DNA of 64,000 bases, taken from the NCBI GenBank assembly GCA_904063045.1, contig CAJFCJ010000005.1, positions 2,185,988 through 2,249,987 on the forward strand, given 5' to 3'. Under the pieces are notes generated by a model. It was not told where the DNA came from and did not search any database. It saw only the letters and a program-made list of their open reading frames with translations. This DNA is from Dimorphilus gyrociliatus (Eukaryota; Animalia; Annelida). A program made the translations under genes and the position numbers. This document shows, piece by piece, positions 36,471 to 47,347 of the stretch (positions are counted from its first letter, which is position 1; each line of letters begins with the position of its first letter).

Positions 36471-37021
36471 ACTGTATATACAGTCTATATATAGTTTTTC
36501 ATTTGTTTGCCATTATAAATTATATACGGTTAAACCTGTATATAATAATTATATAAATTTATACAGTGCTAGTCATCATCAAAACAATCGGGATAGGCTT
36601 TATTTAACCAACCGAAACTTACTTAATTTTATTTTTAAAGTTGAAATGGTTAAAGTTATTTTTGGAATGGTTGTTCTGATAAAGCTTCCTCTTGGATGGT
36701 TAGATCTTTGGACTTGCATTGCATATATATTTATATATTTTTACGGAAGAATTATGTGCAAAATGTTTAGTTAGAGATGTTAGATGTATTATATAGAAAG
36801 TCTCAGTTAAAAAATATATATACTACAAAAGAAAACACAAAATCATTTCTTTTTTTCAGATTCACTTTTTAATGATCCTTGTTGCTAATTACCAAAGAAT
36901 AAAAGTATCTAAGGAAATAACTGAGCATCGCAACGCTCTCAATATTGAATTGACTGATAGTTCTAGTCGAATTATGGAAAATTCTAGTGTTGCTAAGTTA
37001 ACAAAATATGGACCTAAGTGA
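35070..37021 (+). CDS. M6: M6/PLP/DM20 proteolipid family tetraspan protein with two alternative last exons
   Basis: Exons 35070-35073 (ATG G), 35154-35470 (CRDCLGRTPFASLIA..VGVFC), 35540-35714 (TYLMNLIW..IP..IY..IC..CFNLSRIG), 35788-35933 (IC...FC...GSFLVVIGM), then 36327-36425 or 36860-37021. Four TM segments and the PLP-type Cys pattern. Confidence 0.9.
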
Positions 37022-37398
37022 CCAATTAATCGACATAAGAAAGAACTTATTACTTTGATCTATTTATTTTCTTGATCTAGTTTTAGATGTATAAAATTTT
37101 GTAATATCAGTTACTTTTTTAATAAAACCATATTTTACGAAATATATCCAAGGTTATATTTATTAAAATGAGGCATATATTTAAGAGTTGCACAAGCCTT
37201 GTTCTAACTAAATAAAAAAAATAAGGCCCAGGAAAATTACATAATATGAAATGGGAAATATTATGTAATAAATACAAAAACTGCGTATATATGCAAAAAT
37301 ATAGGGAAAACTGTAGCCATGTTGAAACATGGAACTATGTGCAACCTTAACACACCTCTTAATGGCCGAAATTTATCTGCATTTGGCTCTTAGCACGG

Positions 37399-38113
37399 AT
37401 GGCCAGATATCCTTCCTTTGAAGACTATCGTAAGAGGTTGGAATCCTTCACGAGTCAGTTTCCTATTACTGGTATAAGTTCTACACTCTTTGCTGAGGCA
37501 GGCTTTTATTCTATTGCTGTTCAAGATTATACTAGATGTTTCTATTGTGGAGTTGGACTTCGAGGTTGTTTGATTTTTTATTTTATACTCTTAGTCAATT
37601 GTATTTTTAAGCTTTACTACTACGTAGGTTTAATCTTATTGTATGCTGTTCATACATAATATTAGCGAATAGACTATACTGTATATGTTTTAAATGTTTA
37701 CAGGGTGGGATAATACTGATGATCCCTGGATACAACATGCTAAATTTTCTAGTAGCTGCCAATTTCTCATAGAAAAAAAGGGAATCGAATTCATTAGGAG
37801 CTATCAGCCAGGAAATTCTGCTGGTTTCAGATCTACTGAGACACGTACAACAAATGAGAAAACTGAGCGGCCGTCAGAAAATGACTCTGCAACTACGATT
37901 AGAAAGTTGAACGATAATGAAATAAGACTGCACGTAAAAATGCGTATGGAATATCCCAAAACCAGAATGCTATTAGAAAATTGCTCAGAACTGGGAATCT
38001 CTCAGGCACTACTTGAAAAAGCATTGGAAACAAGACTCGATCTTCAGAATGATGATTTCGAAAGTTTCGAAGACTGGATTGAAGCAGCCAAAAATTTGTC
38101 TAACCAGCCGTAG
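37399..38113 (+). CDS. Single-BIR inhibitor-of-apoptosis-like protein with a UBA-like C-terminus and no RING
   Basis: Exons 37399-37564 and 37704-38113 (phase 1) give RLESF...AEAGFY...RCFYCGVGLRGWDNTDDPWIQHAKFSSSC, i.e. CX2C-X16-H-X6-C. Possible tiny upstream exon 37329-37338. Confidence 0.85.
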
Positions 38114-38218
38114 CGTATACAACACAAAATCTGAATTTAATTTTTAATTCGTAAATGGTATGAAAAATTCTAAATTAATTTTAGACTACATTTTCATTAT
38201 AATTGTTAATTGTTTTTT

Positions 38219-41200
38219 TTATAACGACATGGAAAAACAATTAATCTGTAAACAAATTTTTTGGCTGAGGCTGAAATGAAAAAGTTAATTATATTAATAC
38301 AAATTACTTCACGTAATCTACTCACAGAATCACTATCTTTACGAAATTCATGTGGTATAGGTAATGCCTGTATTTTTCAGACAAATGACTAAACTGTGAA
38401 TGCATAAAGCAATTTTGTTATACCTCTAATCCTCGCCCTAAGCGTCTTCTTAGTATATCATCTACTGTAGAAGTCTCTTCACTTGAATCTTCTCCCTCAA
38501 CCTACAGCATTTCATTTAATAAACTTAGGAGCAATAAATTTCGAATACTAACCGGTGACAGACATGCTGCTATATAATCTTCGGCAGTTCTAGCTCGTCC
38601 GATGTTGGCTAGATAATGAATAAAAAATATATCAATTCGTAAAAAACTTTACTTTAAAGTAATGAACTTACATCCAGTGGAATTTTGAGAGTTTATATAT
38701 TCTTTTTTTTTTTCACTTTTTATCTCTAGACTTGATTGCTGTGATACTTCAAAATTGAAAGTTGTCGTTTTAAATCTTTTTATTTCACTATCCATCCAAG
38801 AATCGAAATTTAAACTCTCGTCTCCTGAAGAGTCATTAGCTGATTCAATAGAGCACGGAGCTTCTTTGTAATAATCTAAAATACAAAGTTAGAAATATTA
38901 AGTAATAGCAAGAAAATTTTTATGAGTATACCTGAATCATCCATACTTTGCTCGCCATCTTCAGATTCAAGCTCAGCTCTGTGTACAACGAAAAGATTAC
39001 CACGATTTCCGTAAAATTTCTTCAACTCACCTCTTGTAGATTTCTTGAGCAGCAATTGATCTTTGTAAACCTTGAAAAATTTTTTTTAGATTATAGCTAA
39101 ATTGAAAGGCTTAAATTTGATTTATTACTGCTTCCAGTCATTTTATCACCGGAACTTATTTCAACTTCTTGAATATCGTCAATCCCATCATCCGAAATAG
39201 ATATGATTTCCTCAACTTCATCTAAATTCTTTTGACTTACTTTCTCGGATAAGCCCACTAGAAATAGATGTTAAGAGAAAGTCAGTTCTATTTATAAGAC
39301 AACTTACTCATACTATTATCTATTGAAGTATTAGATATTTTATCATCTTCTGAATTATCAGTTAGATGAAAATCATCTAAGCTCCTTAAATTAAAAGTTC
39401 CCTCTCTTTCTGACATGATGGAACTTTCTATATCGCTGTCATTTAGCTTATTTTCATTTATGGTTCTTTCCAAGTCTGATAGATAATTTAGTAGCATTAT
39501 TTTGAGTAATACTTGTGTGGCACCCACTTAATCAAATCACTTACCATCATTTTGAAGAAAAATATTGTGTTTATCTAAAACCTCAAAATTAGAACCAGCT
39601 ATTGAGCTTTCGGAATTAACGGAAGTGTTAATGAAGACATCAGTCTCTGTGTTTGAGTTGTCGAAATCAAATTCTTCAGTATTTCTATCAGATTTAATAC
39701 TATCGGGGATTTCATGAATCTCGTTAGAATATCTTTCTTTAGAGCCTGTATGAGACATTTCTTCAATTGATCTCGATTCAGACTCCTTTTCATCATCTGT
39801 GGTATCTTGAATTAATATTTCTTTGATTCTCATCATTTCTTTCAATTTCTCAGTCGAAATTCTTTGAACAATTGGCGATTCATGAGAAGTATCTAAAATG
39901 GAATCTTCAAGATGAAGTTTATGAGGTGTGCTTGTTATTTTGTTATGGATTATTTCTGCTTGTTCTGGGTTCCGAATTTGGCTATGAATGTTTCAGAAAC
40001 AATTAAGACTCACAAAAATAACTTATACTGAAAACTTACTCTTCGTTAGAAGAGCTCTCGTCCCTCACTTTCTTAGATACTTTTTGAATTCTGAAGAAAA
40101 AACCTAGCCTTAATTTAAGAAGAGATCGGAATGCCTACTTACGTTCCCTTTAGTGCTTCGTAATCAATGTCAACTAGAGAGGAATTTAAAAGTTTTTAAA
40201 ATACTTATCTGTTTATTTTGATTACTACCTTTTCTCTTTCTATTACCCAATGAAAATTTATATTCATCTATTATGGAATTATTTAAATCTGTGAAGAGTT
40301 CTGGTTTTGCATCTTTCAACTAATGATTAATATAAGATATTTATACAAAAATTAGATTTTCTGAAAATTACTTAATACTCTTACCTGATTGTCTAAAAAA
40401 TTTTTTACCAAATGTCTATCTTCTTTATACAATTTTCCACTCCATTCACTTACAACTCTCAGAAACTCTATATATCGGCCGGAATGATGTCGGATAGAAA
40501 ATACAATTCCTTCTTCGTGTAGAGCTCGCATGGCATGTCGGTTAATATCAAGCTTTGGTCCAAAATTTATAATCAGTTGCTTAGATAACTTTATAAGGTC
40601 ACATATCTCATGTTTTTTATTTTTAAATGAGATACCCAAAGCATACATTATCGTTCGACATAAATTCGCCCTCGAAGTTCTCCTACACCAATCAAAAAAT
40701 TGTTTCATTAACGGTTTATAAAAGTCATCTTTGTTCCAGTATAAGAAGATAAAATGTGCATACTGCATTACTAGTCTGGAACTCATGACAACTGTCAAAT
40801 AAAGTTTAAGGTATTCAAGTCTCTCCTTCCTTTGTAAGCAGCCCTTCTGCAAAAACACGAATTTTTCGATAAATTCTTGTAATTTAATCCCAATTGTCTT
40901 CATTTCACTTGCACCGTTAGGTATAATGCTATGAGTATGGGATAAAAGACTTTTATAACATCCAACATTCTTTAAGCCTCGTTTGTACGACAGGAGTATA
41001 TAACAAATACATTCAAAAGCCGCTTCTGCTAATTCATCATTTTCAATACTTATTAAAGAGAAATTCAAGACAAATTGATGAGCATCATCTAAATTATTTT
41101 TATGACTTCTATCGTCTTTCAGAGTTTCGTTTAAAGATCTTTGAATAAAGTATGTACATCCGGTGAGGACTTCTTTTATCAAAACTTCTGAAACTTCCTT

Positions 41201-43230
41201 ATCGATTGACTGATACAGTAATCGCTCAAGATTATCGAAAAGAGTTTGAAATCTAGAAAAGTCTATAAATTTTAGGAAACATTTTATTCTTCTTAGTTTT
41301 GGCAAGAAATCTTTCTCTATTTCTTTTTGACTCAGATGCTCTTCAAAGTATTCGCTTAGGTTAGCATTGGTCTCTTGTATAATATCCTCAAATAGAGAGT
41401 GTACGAGTTCTTTGCAAACTGTACCCAAGGGATAATTCTCCTGGGACAAAAATTCTAAAGCAGATGCTATTTGGAATAATAATGATTCGTCTGTATGCGT
41501 ACTCCCAATTTTCATCAATTCCTTTACTATGATTATGAGGGAAGATTTCCCACTTGTCCGTCCGATGTACTGTTTATCCACCAAATTAACTATTTTAACT
41601 AAAGGCTTCAATTTTTCTATATCACTGTGAAATAAATCGGTAATAGTTGTAATCTTATTCAAGATGAGATTGGTGAACTTCTCTCTATTTTCGGATTGTT
41701 CCCTCAGTCCTTTTTTGGTAAGTTTAGCATCTCTATTACTTACACCTGTTTGATTGGTCGAAACTTTTATTGTTGCAAACAATAAGTTGCATATATAAAC
41801 TTTTTCTTCATTTGCTATATTACTAGTTCGAAGCATATCAATCATATTATCAATATCCAGAAATTCCTTACTTGTAGTTATCAGACTATCGGCAATCAAA
41901 AACATATATTGGTCATTTCTTTCTACTTTAGCGTCAATTAGAAGTTTTATGAATGATTTGATTATTTTTCTTTCATTTCTATCTGCTCCCCGTAGGCGCT
42001 TGTATATATAATCAGCTGAGGAATATGCAATATTTTTCTCTCGAACAAGATTTGGAACAAATATTTTAAGGAGATCTTTATAGGGAACTATAAACTTATC
42101 CTTTCCGATTGAATGAAGTAGTTGTATAATTTTATGAGCAGTTACGTTCAATTCAGAATTACTTTCAGAACAAGCTGAAATAATTACTTTTTTGAATACT
42201 TTATCGGTGAAGGATTCTAACTGAATTTCAACGACGCTATCTTCACCAGCAAGTTCATATAACGGTATCAGTCCTCGCATAGCTTCAACCCTTGCATTTG
42301 GTGAGTCAATGTCATGCATAACTCTATGAAAATACTTTAAATATTCATCTGATAAATACATATGGGAATCTTGATACATCCACAGTCCAAGTTCCTGCAT
42401 GGTGATGCATTGAATATCTTCGATTTCGTGAATATAACCGATTGAAATTAAGCGATTCAAATTCTCATTAACGTTACTCAAATAATCTAACTTTTCCTTC
42501 AAATGATCTATCAATCTTGAATCACAATACCGTCCCTTTTTGAGTTCTTCAATCTCTGAAATTAACTTGCAATGAACTTGTATTACTGTTGTATTCAGTT
42601 TTAATCCAAATAATATTGCTGTATGAAAGAAGCATTTTACATATTGGTCGTTTTTCGATGATATCATGTCAAATATTAATTCCAAAATTTTATCTAAGAT
42701 CAATCGCCTCTCTAACAGAATGTCTTGACCCATCTCAAAAAATGCTTGAGCAAAATTAATAAAATTTATTCTGAATTTCTTCCAAATAGGTTTAGTATTC
42801 TTTACAGACAATGGATATTCTTCGAAAGGTAATTTTTTGTCCTTGTTGAAACCCTCAGCTATACACTCAAGTAACATTTGAGAAACACTCGTTTCTGCAA
42901 CCTTTTCAGGTTTTATTTCATAGGATGCACCACTGGATGATAAGAACAACTGCATAATTTGTAATAATCCTTTATCTTCATCTGATTTGCAAGTTTGTAC
43001 CCAATCATACATGATATCTTTAATTGATAAACGTTCTCCTTTTAAGAGTCGAAATATTGATACATTCGTTGGAGAGGATTGTCTCAGCGAATTCTTTGAT
43101 GATCTGCGATAAGAAAGAATTTTCGGGTTATAAAAACGTCCTCTTTTAAACAAATAAAAAATTCAGCTATTTCAAGGGAATACCTTTGTTTGGTTTTTTT
43201 CGCTATACCTCTTTTTTTCAATTTTGCCAT
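38219..43230 (-). CDS. Highly divergent cohesin SA/stromalin (STAG) subunit with a long acidic low-complexity tail
   Basis: First exon 43230-43184, 41-nt intron, then one exon 43142-40385 carrying STAG/SCD motifs (DWVQTCKSDEDKGLLQIMQLFLSSSG, EYPL..WKKFRINF, CMQELG-like CITMQELGLWM, YLSDEYLKYF). About 11 short in-phase exons from 40319 down to the stop at 38219 encode an S/D/E-rich tail; the 3' exon structure is less certain. Confidence 0.8.
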
Positions 43231-43738
43231 TGCTAGAAATAGTGATATCAATGCAAAAGATAATCTCTGACTCTATAAGATCTCTAAGACTTCCTTTTTC
43301 GAATGTCTGTTAAACAATTGAAAACTTTTAATATAAAATTGCTTAATGCTTTAAATGAAGCTCAATATTGAAAACATTTACAAAGCAATATACATTTCTT
43401 TTCTAGAATGAAAGTCATTATTAATTTTAGAACTTTGTAAGGTCTTTTGTTCCTAATCAATACTAAAATTATTAACAGAATTAATAAAATTTTAACTAAA
43501 AGTAGTCAAATATTTTAACAATTTAAATTATTTTGTAATAGAACTCTTTTTTTAAATTATGATTGTTTCAGAATAAAAGTACAATTTTTTAAATATTCGA
43601 TATTAGTTTGTCAAAATTATTCTTACTTGTCACTTTATTCGTTTGTAATAGTCAATGCACCATCTAATCTAATATGACAATGTTGATCAGCTGACAAATG
43701 TTCTCAGCGGAATCAAAAAAATGTTCGACCGCCAAACG

Positions 43739-43826
43739 GAACGAAGTATATAAGGACCGCACATAATTATATCAACCGGTTGATATTAGACAAATAGAAC
43801 GAAATTTATACGGACCGCACGTAATT
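43739..43826. repeat. Two 30-bp direct repeats (26/30 identical) flanking an 18-bp perfect palindrome
   Basis: gaacgaagtatataaggaccgcacataatt (43739-43768), atatcaaccggttgatat (43769-43786), gaacgaaatttatacggaccgcacgtaatt (43797-43826). Confidence 0.85.
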
Positions 43827-44113
43827 GTTTTATAGAAATATATATATACCATATCTGTAGTAAACTTTCTTTACCATTTATTGAAGTTAGGACTAATAAT
43901 AAATAGACGCTGATTTATTCAAGAATAAATATATATGTTTTTTATTTAGAATATTCCATATATATTTTATATAAAAGCATACTTATTTTGGTTTAAACAC
44001 AAAAGGGTTAAAATATCATAAAATATCTGGAATATGTAAATATTTAAGAATATTGTTCAAATAAATTTCCTAAGATTAAATTTGCAATAATGAGCTTGAG
44101 TATAATATTTTGT

Positions 44114-46269
44114 TTAAATTTTTGAGTTTGGTAAATTTTCATCATAAATAGAGATATTATTTATTGTTTGAAGTGGACTCGATAATTTTTCAGTTGTTTC
44201 TCCATTCACGGCAGTCAATGTAAACTCTTTTAATTCCAAAGTTTTTAACTCATGACCCCATTCTTCACTAGGTTTAATAAGCTTTTTTATTCTCTAAGAA
44301 AAGAAGGAATTTGTTCAGTACACTTAAAAAGTCAATGTATAAATGGAACTTATACCTCAATAAGATCTCCTTTTGTCGTGTATAATTTATAAATAGCAGT
44401 TGCTGGGATACAACTTATTTCGAATAATGCTATGAGCCAACCTATTCCGTCAGCCCACAATGGATATATATAATCATCATATTTAGATCTTTTGAAGTCG
44501 GCAAATGTGAATAGCAGAATGAACTGTATGAATTAAATTTAATGTTATTCTTTGAATATCGTACTACGTGTACTACTTACAATAATTGAAACAGGAGTTA
44601 AAAATTGCCAACATATTTTAAAGAAGAAGGCTAGTGGCGGTCTGCCAATCATTGACTCGATATCTTTAAAAAATTTATCAATTCCGTATAGCCATGATAA
44701 TGCAATACATTCGGCTAAGCCGACAGTTAATAATCCATAAGACGGAGCATATTTATCCATAAGTTGTAAAACGTACATTCCACCTCTAGTCGCACAAGTC
44801 AAACCAAAGAGATAGCAAACAATACAAATTGTTAAAAGTAATAAAATTCTTCTTCTTGGCACTTTAAAGTACTTTTGAAAGACATCCATAATCGTGGTAT
44901 GAACAGTCGTGACTAGGGTAAACTGAGTACCCAGGCCAAGATTTAATAGCATAAGCATGAATAGTATAGCCCATAACGGAGACAATGGTAGCATGGTAAC
45001 GGCTTGAGGATAAACCACAAACGCTAGGCCTGCTCCTTGTGTTGCAACATCCTCAACTGGTACATTTAATTCATGAGCCATGTAGCCTATAATAGAGAAT
45101 ATAACAAAGCCACCAAATATACTCGTTAATCCGTCTCCGACAGCGACAACAAGTGCGTCTCGAAAGCAGTTATTTCGATAGTTATTGTAAGAGGCCAAAG
45201 TAATTAAGCCTCCCCAACAAGTTGACATAGAGAAGAAAACTTGCACTGCTGCGTCTCCCCATACCTTTGCCGAAGCCAATTGTTTCCAATCTGGTAGAAC
45301 ATAATACTTAATACCTTCCATTGATCCCTCAAGAGTTAATCCTCTTATCAAAAGAATTATAAGTATAACATAAGGAAAAGTTGATGTGACGTATGTTGCT
45401 TTTCCACTTGTTTTTATACCCTTACTAAGGCAAATAAATACGATAGCCCAAGATAATAGAAGACATAGAGCTAATTTCCATTGAACTCCTCCTAAATTAT
45501 CAACACCATCTGATATGTTCAAAACATGTTGACTGAAAGTGAAAAATAAGATTATATTTACTCATAAAAAGTAAAGCTAAAAAGAGATTATTTTATTGAT
45601 CTAAATCTTACTGAAAATATTCATCGCTGGCCGATTTGCTTGTATTTTGAACAGATGTTAAATTTTCAAATAGTGTTGTATTTGAAGAATCAACGGATGA
45701 AAGATTTCTTTCGCAGTCTGCGGGTGAAAAAAACAAGTAAATATAGATAGTATAAAATAGCTATTAAATATATTTTTGTAAAATATTTAATTACTTTTGG
45801 TACTCCACGATCCGCAAGTTCTCCAAGGCACATCTGATGTGAAAGATGCGAAGAAATAGAAGAAGCTTATCGCTACTATCATGTTGTAGTAGATACAACT
45901 GATAAGTGATATGAAGAACATACACCATCCTATTCCTTGCATGAGCGGGACAGCCTTCCATATACTGACTACTCCTAGTCTGCCAAATTGTCCAAAAGCA
46001 AATTCCAGGAAGAGTAGGGGAAAACCCGCAAGTATTACCATTATTATGTATGGTATAAGGAATGCTCCTCCTCCATTACTATAAACCAAATATGGAAATC
46101 TCCATAAGTTACCCATACCTACAGCAAAAGAAAGCGCTGACATGACAAAATCCAATTTGCCTTGCCATTCGTCCCGATTAGGAGAGGAATCTTTCTTTTC
46201 CCTATCATTTTTATTTAAGAGAACGGTGCCGATCTCTTTTTCTTCAAAAGCATCCGGGTTAGGCGTCAT
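44114..46269 (-). CDS. SLC6 Na+/Cl- dependent amino-acid transporter, glycine-transporter-like
   Basis: Exons 46269-45795, 45717-45612, 45532-44581, 44523-44356 and 44293-44114. Motifs FAVGMGNLWRFPY..NGGGAFLIPY, VWGDAAVQVFFS..WGGLITLASYN and GAGLAFVVYP. Gly (not Asp) in TM1 and Trp in TM6 fit the GlyT-type amino-acid subfamily. Confidence 0.92.
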
Positions 46270-47347
46270 TTTGCTAAAAGATTTATATCCGCCATTAGTT
46301 TAAACAAAACTATTAAATTGAAGAGTTTACTACTTACCTCTAAACAGAAATGTCTCGTGTAAAAGGCGCTACAAATATTACTATAAAATTAACAATTGAT
46401 CCACCAGTTGTTGGTAATCTTTTCTTCCTTAGTTTTGATTTTATCTTATTCGTTAAGATCAGATTATGACTTCGATGAACACAATGCATGGACAGCTGGA
46501 GAAAGAATTATAATATTGTTAAAAAAAAAGAGAAAGTACTGCGTATACTTAAATGTGTACTCTTTGTATAAAAAATAATAGAATACTTTCTATTAAATAG
46601 CTAGATACAGCTGACCGACTAACTTATTATATTCAATCATATATATTTATGTATATACTCACTTTTCAAAAATATTCTAAAGCAACATAGCTATAAACGC
46701 TGTAAGGTGATAAAGTGCAGACTGAGATGGGCTGGCGCCGCTTTAGTATATGTATAATAGTTTGTCATCATGACTTGCACTGGGAAATTGCATCATACAT
46801 ATAGGCTTAGCAACGAATGTGAAGATGTAGGATTTATTGTGCAATTTTTTTTATAAATTCACTAGAAAAGGTTCACAATTTGGGTAACTAGTCTTTTTAG
46901 ATGTACAGGAGCAGTCTTTATCTATTAATTTAATTTAGGTATACTATATATTCAATAATACCAATCCTCCAACTTTTGGCCTATGAGCTTTGTTTTGTCA
47001 ATACCCTTCGCTACTATGTTGATCCGAGTAAGTTTATACGTTGTTGCCATGTAAAGAAAGCAAGTCATTGACCGTTCTTGCACATTTCACCTCGATCAAA
47101 TTCTAGACAAAGCTGAGAGAATGAGGAAATAATAATTTGATGTTTTTTATTAAATATACTGAAATTTTTTTACAAAGAAATTCTGTTTTAAATTTCGTAC
47201 AATACACTGATTTAATTTGACTAATAAGCATCCATTGGAATTACTTTACACTTTATTAATAAACATAATTAATAGATTGTATTTTGTAAATATATGTATT
47301 TAAATTTGAAAGACACATATGTAAATGTTTATAAATATATATATATA

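Noticed and set aside
40352-40384. Stop at 40352 as the true STAG C-terminus
   Set aside because: A strong donor (cag|gtaaga at 40385) and a run of in-phase downstream exons indicate the protein continues.
43739-43826. Repeat-spacer-repeat resembling a minimal CRISPR array
   Set aside because: Only two imperfect repeats, a palindromic spacer, no cas genes and a eukaryotic intron-rich context. Kept as a repeat element instead.
46396-46578. 60-aa ORF with a hydrophobic start upstream of SLC6
   Set aside because: It begins at TTG, lies antisense to the probable SLC6 5'UTR intron/exon and ends in A-rich low-complexity sequence.
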